Source: a virus (taxonomy: Duplodnaviria; Caudoviricetes). Taken from it: a stretch of DNA of 64,000 bases. The stretch spans positions 891 through 64,890 of the IMG/VR virus record IMGVR_UViG_3300019129_000002. One strand, given 5' to 3'. Below the pieces are notes generated by a model. It saw only the letters and a program-made list of their open reading frames with translations, was not told the origin of the DNA and did no database searches. Position 1 is the stretch's first letter. Every line of letters begins with the position of its first letter. A program made the translations under genes and the position numbers. Positions 18,554 to 28,691 of the stretch are shown one piece after another.

Positions 18554-19603
18554 GTGCAGTTTAAGCAAAATAAATGGAAGTATAATAATGGAGTTATCAA
18601 ATTGACGAGTATAAAAGAAAAGAGGGAAGCGTATAAAACGGACGAAGGGTTTGAGTTCCCAGAATATTTTGAGAAGTATCAAAACGCTGTGGCTACCCTT
18701 TGGAGACCTCAAGAAGTTTCCATGTCCAGTGATGTGAGAGACTGGGGGAACGCCACCCCAGAAGAGAAAACCTTAATAGGAGGACTTCTAAAAGGTTTTA
18801 CTCAGTTTGAATGTATTGTAGGAGACTACTGGTCAGATGACGTGGCACAGATGTTTCCTAAGCCCGAAATCTTGTCTATGGTTAGAGCTTATTCTTTACA
18901 GGAATGTATCCATCAGGAAGCTTATAATCATCTTTCAGATACCCTTGGCATAAACGAGTTCCAGGCTTTCCTTGGTGACCCCGTGGCCCAGAAAAAACTC
19001 AAACAGTTTTACAACTATTGCAATAGTGGTAAAGTTACCCTCGGGGTCTTCTCCGGCGCTGGAGAAGGTGTTAGTCTATTTAGTTCCTTTGCCATCTTAC
19101 TAAGCTTCAGTCTTAGTGGAAGGTTTAAAGGGTTGGCACAGATTATCTCCTGGAGTCAGATAGATGAACAGACTCATAGTGATTCAGGTTGCTCCCTCTT
19201 CCGACAACTTGTTAGAGAAGAAGGAATAACCTTTGAAGAGAAAGTAGAAATCTTTAATGGTTTCAACGCTGTATTAGATAATGAGTTACACTTCCTTCAG
19301 AATGCCTTCCAGGGGAGGGATAAAACCATCAATGGGTTGAATATAGAAATTATGGAACACTACATGAGATCCCGAGCTAACAACCGATTGAGAGCATTAG
19401 GTATCTACGATGAGAAGGACTTCTTCTATGAATACGAGCCGGCATTAGCTTTCAAGGTGAGCGAATGGTTTGACCCCTTATCTACGGGTTCTATTTCTCA
19501 TGACTTCTTTGCATTAACAAAAGAAGGTAGCTCTTACGTAGCGAAACCGACCTACAACTGGGAACTAGTCAATATCGGAAAAATATCATTGGAGTATAGG
19601 TAA
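18554..19603 (+). CDS. nrdB: Class I ribonucleotide reductase beta subunit
   Basis: WRPQEV, ECIHQEAY (radical Tyr), EGVSLFSSF and DEQTH diiron ligands. Confidence 0.95.
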   Translation: MQFKQNKWKYNNGVIKLTSIKEKREAYKTDEGFEFPEYFEKYQNAVATLWRPQEVSMSSDVRDWGNATPEEKTLIGGLLKGFTQFECIVGDYWSDDVAQMFPKPEILSMVRAYSLQECIHQEAYNHLSDTLGINEFQAFLGDPVAQKKLKQFYNYCNSGKVTLGVFSGAGEGVSLFSSFAILLSFSLSGRFKGLAQIISWSQIDEQTHSDSGCSLFRQLVREEGITFEEKVEIFNGFNAVLDNELHFLQNAFQGRDKTINGLNIEIMEHYMRSRANNRLRALGIYDEKDFFYEYEPALAFKVSEWFDPLSTGSISHDFFALTKEGSSYVAKPTYNWELVNIGKISLEYR

Positions 19604-19911
19604 TGGACATAGAAGAGTTTAAGCAAAAAATCATCGACTCTTCAAATGGATTTAAGATTCCATTAAGTGACGGAACTTATATCATCTATAATCATTCTTC
19701 CAAGATAGGTATTATAGAGAGACTAAAGGTAATCAAAGAGGAAACCACGGCTTATTTCACCGAGGGTCTAGAAGTCACCTATTACCAAGATGGGGAAAAT
19801 AGTATGGAAGTTACCTTTCGAAATATTACCTTTCTTGAGTTTGCTTGCAGTCAAGTAAAACTTTTATTTGGGTGTGCTTTCTATTGTCAAAATCCTACGG
19901 AAAGGTTATAA
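19603..19911 (+). CDS. Hypothetical protein
   Basis: Coupled to nrdB. Confidence 0.55.
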   Translation: MDIEEFKQKIIDSSNGFKIPLSDGTYIIYNHSSKIGIIERLKVIKEETTAYFTEGLEVTYYQDGENSMEVTFRNITFLEFACSQVKLLFGCAFYCQNPTERL

Positions 19912-19916
19912 TATAA

Positions 19917-20141
19917 ATGAACACAAGGAAACTAACCTACTTAGGAAACGGTATTGTCCTTATTTCTTACTGGTTAATGTTAAAGGTTAACCCTATCTAT
20001 GCCGGAGGTAAGGTTATAGGTGGAAGTATCCTTATTTACTGCTTTATAAAAGAAAAGCGATGGGATATAGCAGCCATGTTAACCTTGTTCTCTTGCGTAG
20101 ATATCTCAGTAGTTCTAAACGTATTATTTGGAGGAAACTAA
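19917..20141 (+). CDS. Small membrane protein
   Basis: Three hydrophobic segments; promoter at 19884-19912. Confidence 0.55.
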   Translation: MNTRKLTYLGNGIVLISYWLMLKVNPIYAGGKVIGGSILIYCFIKEKRWDIAAMLTLFSCVDISVVLNVLFGGN

Positions 20142-20374
20142 AATGAGTCGGAGTCCTGTATTTACTATCCTTGTTGATTTTAAGTGTTTCATAAAAGATC
20201 TGACAAAGTTGCCTTCTAAATGGTTCTAAGATGAACCACCTGCCAGTTTTGATTCTAGATTTAACAATGGGAAGATCACAAAAACACCCATAAAGAGATG
20301 TTAATGCGCTCGCTGGCTCATATTTAATAAACAATAACAACGGGAGGGGGAACCCTCCTGATTTTGACTTTTTT

Positions 20375-20476
20375 ATGATTTACCATAAACACCACCTATT
20401 GCCAAAACACCCTAGAGGAACAGACGACTTTAAAGAAAAGGAAGGAGTCCGGAGAACTTTCCAAATATCAGAATAA
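20375..20476 (+). pseudogene. HNH homing-endonuclease relic
   Basis: 33-aa frame MIYHKHHLLPKHPRGTDD... resembles the HHI.PK..GG.D start of HNH endonucleases, then stops. Confidence 0.55.
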
Positions 20477-20512
20477 ATAAGGGATAGACAAAAAGAATAG
20501 AAAGAGGATTTT

Positions 20513-22438
20513 ATGAAGACAAGACCAGATTGGTTCACACCCGAGGCGGTTGAGACGGTAAATCAAGGTTACTTATTACCGGGGGAAACAGTAAGAGGGG
20601 CTTTTGAAAGGGTTAGCAAACAGGCATCCAAGGATTTAGGCATTCCAGAAATAGAAGAGGAGATTTTCCATTGTCTTTGGAATGGCTTCGTAGGTTTAGC
20701 TTCACCCGTTTTCTCAAATTATGGTGCTTCTAGAGGAATGCCCATTTCCTGTTACAGTGTGGATGTAGGAGATTCTGTTCAAAGCATTTTCTCTCATTTA
20801 AAAGAAGTTTCCTTACTTTCCAAAAATGGCGGGGGAGTGGGGATTTATTTAGGAAACCTGAGACCTGCTGGAGCCCCTATTATGGGGGGAGGTAAGTCCA
20901 ATGGGAGTGTTAGTTTTGCTCAAGTGTTTGATACTACTTCTAGGGTGGTCTCACAAGGAGGAGTTCGCAGGGGAGCTTTCTCTTTCTTCTTACCTATTGA
21001 CCACCCTGATTTACCTGAACTATTGAGGAGTAAACGTCACGATCAGGGTGACCCTCGAACATTCATCGATTCTAATATAGCTTTGACTGTCCCAGACAAG
21101 TGGATGGAAGAACTTATGGCAGGTGACCCTGAGAAGTTTGAGTTGATGACAGAAATCATTGAAACCCGTATGGCTTCAGGTTCCCCCTATCTTATCTACA
21201 TAGATAACGTAAACAATCAGAACCCTGAGTGTTACAAAGAAAGAGGTTTGAAGGTTAGTACGAGTAATATTTGTACTGAAATTGTCCTCCATACTGATGA
21301 GAACCACACCTTTGTCTGTTGTCTAAGTTCTCTTAACCTCGCACGGTTTGGAGAGTGGAAAGATTTAAGGTTTAAATCCGGTAGATCAGTCCCTCAAGTT
21401 TGCACCTATTTATTAGAAGGTGTCTTGACAAACTTTATTCAAAGAACAAAAAATCAACCTGGAATGGGTCGTGCAAGACGGTTTGCTGAGAAGTCCCGTG
21501 CGATTGCAGTAGGTGTCATGGGTTACCACCTCTATCTTCAGAAGAAGGGTATCCCTTTTAAAAGTGATGAGGCTCGTAGAGAGAACATTCTTATCCACTC
21601 CTTCATCCGAAATGAATGTGACATAGCAAGTAGAGAGTTAGCCACCCTATACGGCGAACCTGAGTGGTGTGAGGGGTCTGGTTTCCGACATACTCATCGT
21701 ACAGCCATAGCACCCACCAGGACTAACTCTGTTATCTGTGGGGCATTTAGTCAGGGTATTGAACCCGTAGATAGAAACTACTTTGTCGTTAAACAGATGC
21801 AAGGTGTATTTGTCCGTAAGAACCCTGTTCTGGAGGGCATCCTGGAAGAGTACGGGAAGAACACGGAAGAAGTGTGGAGTTCCATCAATGATAATGATGG
21901 TAGTGTTTTACATTTGAGTTTCCTTCCTTGGGAAGTGAAACAAGTCTTCTTAACTGCTAGAGAGATAGACCAGACAGAAATTATCCGACAAGCTGCTGAA
22001 CGTCAACCCTACATCTGCCAAGCTCAATCGGTTAACTTATTCGTTAACTCCAACGTTACTGAAGAAGAGTTAATGTATTATCACTTGTTGGCTTGGAAGA
22101 AGAAAATGAAGTCCCTTTATTATTTGAAAGCTAAATCACCCCAGAATGAGAAAACTCCTTTAACTATCATTACTAAGGAGGGTTGCCCGTTCTGTGAAAA
22201 GGCTAAGTTGTTGGCACGGGAGAGGAACTATTATGTAACTGTAATGGACAGAGATGAGTACCCGGCTAAGGAACTCTTGAAGGATGTTTTCTGGAATACA
22301 TACCCTAAGATATTTATTGATGGGAAGTTCATCGGAGGGTATCAAGAACTATTAGAGGTTCAGCATAAAGGATTAGGCAACGTTGTAAACTTAGAAACAG
22401 AGGAAACGGAGGCAGATTGTGTCAGTTGTGAAGGATAA
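20513..22438 (+). CDS. nrdA: Class I ribonucleotide reductase alpha subunit with internal glutaredoxin domain
   Basis: PISC, QGGVRRGA, SNICTEI, APTRTNS, KSLYY, then CPFC...TYPKIFIDGKFIGGY Grx domain and terminal CVSCEG. Confidence 0.95.
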   Translation: MKTRPDWFTPEAVETVNQGYLLPGETVRGAFERVSKQASKDLGIPEIEEEIFHCLWNGFVGLASPVFSNYGASRGMPISCYSVDVGDSVQSIFSHLKEVSLLSKNGGGVGIYLGNLRPAGAPIMGGGKSNGSVSFAQVFDTTSRVVSQGGVRRGAFSFFLPIDHPDLPELLRSKRHDQGDPRTFIDSNIALTVPDKWMEELMAGDPEKFELMTEIIETRMASGSPYLIYIDNVNNQNPECYKERGLKVSTSNICTEIVLHTDENHTFVCCLSSLNLARFGEWKDLRFKSGRSVPQVCTYLLEGVLTNFIQRTKNQPGMGRARRFAEKSRAIAVGVMGYHLYLQKKGIPFKSDEARRENILIHSFIRNECDIASRELATLYGEPEWCEGSGFRHTHRTAIAPTRTNSVICGAFSQGIEPVDRNYFVVKQMQGVFVRKNPVLEGILEEYGKNTEEVWSSINDNDGSVLHLSFLPWEVKQVFLTAREIDQTEIIRQAAERQPYICQAQSVNLFVNSNVTEEELMYYHLLAWKKKMKSLYYLKAKSPQNEKTPLTIITKEGCPFCEKAKLLARERNYYVTVMDRDEYPAKELLKDVFWNTYPKIFIDGKFIGGYQELLEVQHKGLGNVVNLETEETEADCVSCEG

Positions 22439-23081
22439 GAAGAAGGGGTGGCAAGTGAAAAAGTGTACAAGTATTAAGAAGAGAAGACCCTTAACTTCCA
22501 ATGAAAGAAAAATGGTAGTAGCTAATCTCCATCTCCCGAAAATCTTGGCATTCAAGGCTATCAGGAGTACAGGGGGTTGGACGGGTTCCTACACCCGTGA
22601 AGACTTAGAATCTGTAGGAAACTTTGCTTTGTGTGCTGCTGCCCAAGATTACGATCCGGATAATAAGGCTGGTGCTTCTTTCGAGACTTACGCATGGTAC
22701 AAGGTTCAGGGTTACATCAGACACGCCCTCAGAGATAAGAGTAGGGTTGTCAAAATGCCTCGTTGGATACCTAAGATGAGAATCAAGGTAAGAGAGCTTA
22801 TTCAACAAGGTAAGACCAATGAGGAAGTTGCCAAGGAGCTTGATATCACGGTAGAAAAAGTGGAAATGTGTGAACGCAGTTGGCATGAAATCCCTTATCC
22901 TCTCGAACCCGAAAACAGAGATTGGATTCTATTTGAACATAATAGTTCTTCCAGAGATAACCCTGAAATGTTAAAATATATTAAAAGTTTAGGGGAAGAC
23001 CAGATTCTTGAACTGGTGGGAAAGATAGAAAGTGGAGATCTAAGTGATGAAAGGTTGCAAACCATCCTTCTTTTTGGGTAA
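22419..23081 (+). CDS. Second sigma70-family factor (FliA/SigF-like)
   Basis: EDLESVGNFALCAAAQDYDP...FETYAWYKVQGYIRHALRDKSRVVKMPR and NEEVAKELDI. Confidence 0.85.
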   Translation: MSVVKDKKKGWQVKKCTSIKKRRPLTSNERKMVVANLHLPKILAFKAIRSTGGWTGSYTREDLESVGNFALCAAAQDYDPDNKAGASFETYAWYKVQGYIRHALRDKSRVVKMPRWIPKMRIKVRELIQQGKTNEEVAKELDITVEKVEMCERSWHEIPYPLEPENRDWILFEHNSSSRDNPEMLKYIKSLGEDQILELVGKIESGDLSDERLQTILLFG

Positions 23082-23154
23082 AACCTCTTAGGAAAAGGTC
23101 GCTTAAATATGGGTATTCCTTTCCCTCTTCACCAAATAACAGGCAGATATTTAG

Positions 23155-23179
23155 AGATCCAGATTCTGGGTCTTTTTTT
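23155..23179 (+). terminator. Probable intrinsic terminator
   Basis: AGATCCAG-ATT-CTGGGTCT stem followed by a T-tract. Confidence 0.6.
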
Positions 23180-23260
23180 AGGTATAACGGGCAGGTAAAC
23201 GTAGAAGTTAAAGAAGAACTTGATACCCCTCTGAACTACTAGCTATTTTAGAAGAATATT

Positions 23261-23446
23261 GTGACTAATATGGAACAAGAACTACTCACCAAAGAAGAAA
23301 TCCAAAAACTTATCAACGGTACTTATACGGATAGAATAAGGTTGGCCTACGACCTCGTTCAACTCCACAACTGGGAGGAATCCGATGCCCTTGATATAAT
23401 CGATGAAACAATAGCGTTCTATAAAGAACAGGAAGAACAAGTATGA
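23261..23446 (+). CDS. Hypothetical protein
   Basis: Co-oriented ORF. Confidence 0.5.
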   Translation: MTNMEQELLTKEEIQKLINGTYTDRIRLAYDLVQLHNWEESDALDIIDETIAFYKEQEEQV

Positions 23447-23565
23447 TTTCCACTTTAGATTTGCTTCCCTAACCTCTACACTTATGACGATGACAACCCT
23501 CTCGTAGCTAGGAACCGTAATGCTTTCGATAACGTTGCCTACATTTCTATAGAATCGGCGGAGAA

Positions 23566-23790
23566 GTGTCTTATTTACTTTATTTAAAAATCTGGCGGAT
23601 GGTTAAAATGAAATATCTTCTTACCTTGATTGAACAGAAAACGCTTTTAGCCGTTAACACCCTAGAAGTAGAAACTTGTAAAAAACCTTCTTCGGTTGCA
23701 CTCTGGAAAGATAGTGTTTCCAAAGGTCTCGTCCAGGAAAAAGATATTCAAAACTACAGATTTGTCTATAGAGCCTTGTCAAAAGGGTAA
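23566..23790 (+). CDS. Hypothetical protein (true start probably further downstream)
   Basis: Co-oriented ORF. Confidence 0.45.
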   Translation: MSYLLYLKIWRMVKMKYLLTLIEQKTLLAVNTLEVETCKKPSSVALWKDSVSKGLVQEKDIQNYRFVYRALSKG

Positions 23791-23804
23791 ATAAAGGTTA
23801 TAAT
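23776..23804 (+). promoter_or_regulatory. Promoter TTGTCA-N17-TATAAT for the tRNA
   Basis: Recurrent promoter family; 21 nt upstream of the tRNA. Confidence 0.75.
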
Positions 23805-23825
23805 AGTTGTGTGTAAGGAGTTCAT

Positions 23826-23896
23826 GCTCCCTTAGCTCAATGGTAGAGCAACTGTCTCGTAAACAGCCGACGTCGGATCGTTACCGACAGGGAGCT
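23826..23896 (+). tRNA. tRNA-Thr(CGT), no encoded CCA
   Basis: Acceptor GCTCCCT/AGGGAGC, D-arm GCTC-AATGGTA-GAGC, anticodon loop CT-CGT-AA, T-arm GTCGG-ATCGTTA-CCGAC. Confidence 0.85.
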
Positions 23897-23918
23897 TCTG
23901 TCGTTTAGTAAATGTACT

Positions 23919-24149
23919 ATGGCTTCATCAACTCTTAGTCTACCCTATCAGAAAGAAAAGGTTATTCTAGAACCTCGCCCCGTTAACGGTAGGGGGAATC
24001 TTTACGTCATAACTGATGAGGATTTTTTGGAAACTTCTACTATTAGAAAACTAGGGAGAAACAAATGGGTAAACACTCAATTTCCAAGTCGTATTTATCC
24101 GACAATGACAGACGCAAGCTTATTGAACAACAATTGGCAGAATATGTAG
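23919..24149 (+). CDS. Hypothetical protein
   Basis: Co-oriented ORF. Confidence 0.5.
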   Translation: MASSTLSLPYQKEKVILEPRPVNGRGNLYVITDEDFLETSTIRKLGRNKWVNTQFPSRIYPTMTDASLLNNNWQNM

Positions 24150-24391
24150 ATCTGTCAAAGTACGGACGCATAATGCCTGAAAACTGGCTAGACAATTTAA
24201 AACTATGATCGAAACATTTAAAAGAAACGGACGGATTATCTTTAGGGTTTATGTCCACTTCGGTGATGAAGCCTTTAACGGGTAACTAAAACTCAAATCA
24301 TACTCTACGGTGGAATGAAGTTTCACAAAACCAATGGAACCAAGGTTACTAAAAACAAACTAGATAGGAGTGTAATAATCGAAAAGGTAAC

Positions 24392-25222
24392 ATGACAAAG
24401 TTAAGTTTTAAGAACGTCGCTAAATACTACGGGGGTAAGTATCATCAAGACCTCGCTCTGGAGTATCTGGACAAAGCTATTCCCCCAGAGATTCTGGAAC
24501 AGTTTACCGAACTCTGGCGAGGGAAATCTCCTGAAGAAGAGAAGAAGCCTATAGTAGTCGCACCCACCGGCCTTAGAGGTGCTGATCCCCTCGCTCAAAA
24601 GGTAGTCGACTACTACGGTAACAAAGGCTGGAGGATTAAAAAACCTTCCCACGGTGGCTATGAGGTTCTACTAGTGGGTTTTGAAGGTGCAACACGGACA
24701 GGGAATAAAACCTTTGTTACTAATAATGATAGCCCTACAGGTGATAATTTTAATGATCTTATCGGTGTTTTTTTGGTGGATAAGTTCGACCAAGTTTCTA
24801 CGGCTAACCTATACACCGCCACCACCGAGCCAGGACTTTTTTATACAAGAAATCGTCTCAATCCAGCAGGAGCAGCTCGCATTCAAATCGACGTTCTCCA
24901 ACGTAATGTCTGGCAAGTCGGTTCCCATAAAGGTCGCGAAGAAGCTCTAGTCCAAACTGGTGGAGCTATTATGGTTACTCGTGATGGTAATCAGGACTTC
25001 ATGCGAACTGGTGATCAGACAATGACTGGATACTACGGCATTAACTGCCATTCTGCTCGGAACTCTGGAAAAATAGGGCGCTGGTCGGCAGGTTGTCAAG
25101 TGGTACAAATGACCAAAGACCTCGTCTCTATAATGAACTACGTTAAAGGTGGGGATGGATACAAATCAAACCGAGCTTTCAAATATGACTACTCCTGCCT
25201 TGATGCCGCTCTTTTTGTATGA
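24392..25222 (+). CDS. Putative endolysin (L,D-transpeptidase-like fold)
   Basis: ATTEPG, YGINCH...IGRWSAGCQV His/Cys motif; N-terminal HQxxALxxL...F..LWR domain seen in cyanophage lysins. Confidence 0.6.
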   Translation: MTKLSFKNVAKYYGGKYHQDLALEYLDKAIPPEILEQFTELWRGKSPEEEKKPIVVAPTGLRGADPLAQKVVDYYGNKGWRIKKPSHGGYEVLLVGFEGATRTGNKTFVTNNDSPTGDNFNDLIGVFLVDKFDQVSTANLYTATTEPGLFYTRNRLNPAGAARIQIDVLQRNVWQVGSHKGREEALVQTGGAIMVTRDGNQDFMRTGDQTMTGYYGINCHSARNSGKIGRWSAGCQVVQMTKDLVSIMNYVKGGDGYKSNRAFKYDYSCLDAALFV

Positions 25223-25421
25223 TAAGTTCATATCATGGGGAAACCTTCCAAAACTGGTTCAACTTGCAGACCTCATCTAAACTTTTCACTCTGAAAACTT
25301 TTCTCAAAGGGTTTCCAAATTAAACCAACCTGTGTTATAATAAAGTCATGAACAAAGAACTACAAGACCGACTTTACTGCTCCATCTTGAAACAGATGCT
25401 CGTCGGTATGGAGGATAAATA

Positions 25422-25778
25422 ATGGCCCGTATTACCGAGATTCTAACACTAGACCAGATTTGTGAAAGACTTATTCTTGACCGCCTAACCTTAACAACGG
25501 CGTATTTTAGCTCTCTTCAAGAAGTCTACCAGCAAACCACCTTCCGAGGGGAAGTGACAAAGGAGGAGATGTTAGATTTCCTAGACAGAATAACCCTTAA
25601 CAAAAAAGAAGCGGAGGACGGATTAACCCCTAACTCTAACTTCCAGCCTCAGTTAGTTCTAGATAGAAGACTCTTAGGTCGTTGGTTGAAGGTTGAGGGT
25701 CAAGATTGGCAGTTTATTCTCTGCATGGTGCTTAATAGTTCCTTTGAAAAGTACATTATGGAGGTTTTTGTCTCATGA
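25422..25778 (+). CDS. Hypothetical protein
   Basis: GGAGG RBS. Confidence 0.6.
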   Translation: MARITEILTLDQICERLILDRLTLTTAYFSSLQEVYQQTTFRGEVTKEEMLDFLDRITLNKKEAEDGLTPNSNFQPQLVLDRRLLGRWLKVEGQDWQFILCMVLNSSFEKYIMEVFVS

Positions 25779-26098
25779 GGTTAACTTATTTCCGAAACGT
25801 GGTAGAAGGACAGTTCCTTTACAGAGTGGTAAAAAATAGAGGAATATATGGTCCGAGTGTCGTCTTCTATACGGTTCAAAGGGTGGGAAAGAACAGAGTA
25901 ACCCTCCTGGAACATAAAGCCACGTTACCCGATTTCTTTGAGACACACATTGCCACCGTAGATATCCACGGCAATGAGTGGGTTCTATATAATAATGTTA
26001 AAGAGGCTCTGGAGATGAGGGACAAGGTAGAAAAAGCCTTACAACTAAGGGAGGAGTCATTTAAACTTTTAAGAGAAGCGGGTTTTTGGTCAGGTTAA
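25775..26098 (+). CDS. Hypothetical protein
   Basis: ATGA overlap. Confidence 0.6.
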   Translation: MRLTYFRNVVEGQFLYRVVKNRGIYGPSVVFYTVQRVGKNRVTLLEHKATLPDFFETHIATVDIHGNEWVLYNNVKEALEMRDKVEKALQLREESFKLLREAGFWSG

Positions 26099-26130
26099 CT
26101 AACAAGTGTTATAATAAAGGTGTAAGAAAA

Positions 26131-26319
26131 ATGTGGAATGACTATCGTGTGGTTATAGAAAGCAGAGGTAAGTACCACGTAGAACATAAAATCTTCTGGT
26201 ATTTCTGGGTTCCTATAACCTACTATAGTCCCGTGTTGCAAGAGGACTTTCCACTCAAGTTCCCAACCCGTAATGATGCTGAAGTCTGGGTTTTTGTAAG
26301 AGGGGGTAACATTGTTTAA
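26131..26319 (+). CDS. Hypothetical protein
   Basis: ATG just downstream of the promoter at 26087-26115. Confidence 0.55.
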   Translation: MWNDYRVVIESRGKYHVEHKIFWYFWVPITYYSPVLQEDFPLKFPTRNDAEVWVFVRGGNIV

Positions 26320-26357
26320 TTTTTTTTTCGTTGAAGCCAAGGAGGTAGTTAAAACCT

Positions 26358-26669
26358 GTGGATAAGTTAGAACTAATGAATAAAGATGTCTGGAACTTAG
26401 ACTATGCAACCGTTAACTTTTTAGTCCCTCGTTTATTGTATGCCAAGACCTTCTATGATTATTGGTTCTTTGGGGAACCCCCTGAAGAACATTCTAAACC
26501 TGGGACGTTTATCACGAGAGAGGAGTGGGAGGAAATAGTTGACCAGATTATTGAAGGTTTCCTAATCCTTATGAACGATTCCTGGACTTTAGGAAAAAAT
26601 GGCAATGATTGGAAGGTTGCACGGGCGTTTAGATTATTTGGAGAATTTGCTCAGTGGATGTGGGATTGA
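26358..26669 (+). CDS. Conserved phage hypothetical protein
   Basis: WNLD...PRL...EWEEIVDQIIEGF...LFGEFAQWMWD pattern; GGAGG RBS. Confidence 0.65.
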   Translation: MDKLELMNKDVWNLDYATVNFLVPRLLYAKTFYDYWFFGEPPEEHSKPGTFITREEWEEIVDQIIEGFLILMNDSWTLGKNGNDWKVARAFRLFGEFAQWMWD

Positions 26670-26989
26670 TTGACAAGTTTATTTATGGTTTTACTTCTTG
26701 TAAGCACTCTTTCCGAGAGTGGAAAAGTTACGTGAAAGCAGAACCAGGACAAACATTAGTAAGGGAATTAATATTTTGGACTTTTTTAAACTACCCTCTA
26801 TAATCGGTGGTTTTTACTACACTCGAATGTGTTTTGACACTCTCTGACATTTTTAACCGTTTATTTGGGATACGGTGATACCGAACTTTGAGATTGAATA
26901 AATAGAACTCAAAGAAAACTTGAAGATAGTCACTCGTTACGTTCAAGAGCCAAGATTCAACACTTACAAAATAACACAACCTAAGAACT

Positions 26990-27295
26990 ATGCAAGATTT
27001 CAATAAAGTATCAACAATTCCCCTAGCTATTAGCGTCGTTTCCGGAGCCATCGGAATAGGGTTTATTTTGGAAAGAGTCCTGGGGGGGTTGATTGACTCA
27101 CTCCCTTTTGTGGGGGTTTCGCTTATTTCCTACCTAGTGTTCTTTTCCCTTTCTTCCAAGGAAGGTCTTTCCGGACTCTTTAATAAAGGAAAGGGAGAAC
27201 CATTGACCGGTAAAGAAGACTTTCAAACCACTGAGCAAACCCAGACTATTTTAGACCAACTCAAAAAGAAAAAACAAGGTATAGATTATGAGTAG
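26990..27295 (+). CDS. Two-TM membrane protein (holin-like?)
   Basis: Two hydrophobic helices and a charged C-terminus. Confidence 0.45.
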   Translation: MQDFNKVSTIPLAISVVSGAIGIGFILERVLGGLIDSLPFVGVSLISYLVFFSLSSKEGLSGLFNKGKGEPLTGKEDFQTTEQTQTILDQLKKKKQGIDYE

Positions 27296-27397
27296 AGATT
27301 TTTTATTAAGGGTGGAAGCCTTGGTTTTATCGGGGACGGAATCAAAGGTGCTATTAGTGGGGATCCTGGGTTCTAAACTTACGAAGAGGTATAAACA

Positions 27398-27637
27398 GTG
27401 TCAAGCAAGCTAACTGAAACACACAATAGAGTCCAGGTGTTGAAGGCTATAGCCAGGAGTAACCATCTTCCGGCTGAGGTCTTCACTACTTACGATGAAC
27501 CTTCGGGAACGTTCGTCACAATGGTTGTCGTCAACGATGTCAGAGACTATCAACTAGCAGTGGAGATGTTCAGCCGTGGCGGCGTGTTCCCTCATACTTA
27601 CAAAATGAAAATCAAGAGAAAAGAAAGGAGCTTATGA
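27398..27637 (+). CDS. Hypothetical protein
   Basis: GAGG RBS. Confidence 0.55.
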   Translation: MSSKLTETHNRVQVLKAIARSNHLPAEVFTTYDEPSGTFVTMVVVNDVRDYQLAVEMFSRGGVFPHTYKMKIKRKERSL

Positions 27638-27760
27638 ACCAAAAAAGTTATATAAAGGAGAGTTATCAAATCTACGAGTCTCTTGGGATAGAGATTGGAA
27701 AGCTTTGAAAGTTCTCGAAGAAACCAGAACTGAGAAGGTAAAACCACCCAAAAATCTCCA

Positions 27761-27885
27761 AAGTTTGTAAATAAGCAAAAATGGAGATGTACAATAACAG
27801 GTAAAATCTCTACACCTGGGCCATTAACTATATGGCAAAAGCTAGAGGTATTGACACTAAAAATAAAGAAAAGTTAGAGGATTAA
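27761..27885 (+). pseudogene. Frameshifted C-terminal relic of a homing-endonuclease-type gene
   Basis: NKQKWRCTITGKISTPGPLTIWQK / ARGIDTKNKEKL*; homologous to 36731-36852. Confidence 0.6.
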
Positions 27886-27887
27886 CT

Positions 27888-28025
27888 ATGAATAAGTTTG
27901 GTTTAGGATTCACCCATGATGCAGAGTTGTTAAACGGAAGGGTAGCGATGGTTGCGTTTTTATTAGGGGTGGTTACAGAGGCATTGACTGGACACGGGAT
28001 TCTTTCCCAGTTAGGTCTTATGTAA
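27888..28025 (+). CDS. hli: High-light-inducible protein (45 aa, not in the ORF track)
   Basis: GFTHDAELLNGRVAMVAFLLGVVTEALTGHGILSQLG, with the canonical ExxNGRxAM chlorophyll-binding motif. Confidence 0.95.
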   Translation: MNKFGLGFTHDAELLNGRVAMVAFLLGVVTEALTGHGILSQLGLM

Positions 28026-28172
28026 CTTTTTTTGAGAAGAGGGTTGTCACTCGGCAGCCCTTTATGTTATAATGAAACGGGGAGGAAGGTTACGAAACCA
28101 CTCTTCCTCCACCCCAGACCTAGACGGAAGAAACAATGGCCTACATCAAAATGATGGAGAGAAAAGCAAAAA

Positions 28173-28658
28173 ATGGATAAAAAGATTTTAAAATTTTTCA
28201 AAGGTTCCGAAGGCTTTTGGGATGAGTGCTTAAACGTTTCGGTAGAAGGTGACATCTTTGGAAAAGATACATCCTTTTTCCAGGAGTATATCACAGACCC
28301 TAACAGTATTCGTCTTAAGCTCCTTAACTATCACTTTGAAGAGTCATTTGATGATTGCTTTTTCCGCCTTTATAAAGACCGTTCCTCCGTGGTTACTGCT
28401 TTCAAGGGTGGTAAATACTACGAGTTGGGTTATGAAGTTTGCTATGAAGAGAGTGAATGGAGGTTAGCTAGAGGAGTCTATAACATAGCTAACGGAAACC
28501 AACTTATGATAGAGGCGACAATGGGTGACTATGAAGTTTCTTCTTCTGTGTTTAAGATGAATGAAGAGTTTTACACTACTAGTGTAACTGTCTATGTAGA
28601 GGGAGAACTTAAAATAGTTGTTTCGGGGTTGGAGGCTAAGTTTAATGAAGGTACTTAG
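28173..28658 (+). CDS. Divergent CpcS/CpeS-family (S/U/V-type) phycobiliprotein-lyase-like protein
   Basis: FFKGSEGFW N-terminus, beta-barrel-like sequence, same size and strand pattern as its neighbour. Confidence 0.45.
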   Translation: MDKKILKFFKGSEGFWDECLNVSVEGDIFGKDTSFFQEYITDPNSIRLKLLNYHFEESFDDCFFRLYKDRSSVVTAFKGGKYYELGYEVCYEESEWRLARGVYNIANGNQLMIEATMGDYEVSSSVFKMNEEFYTTSVTVYVEGELKIVVSGLEAKFNEGT

Positions 28659-28691
28659 AGGCCACAGGCGCAACACAACACAAAGGAATAA

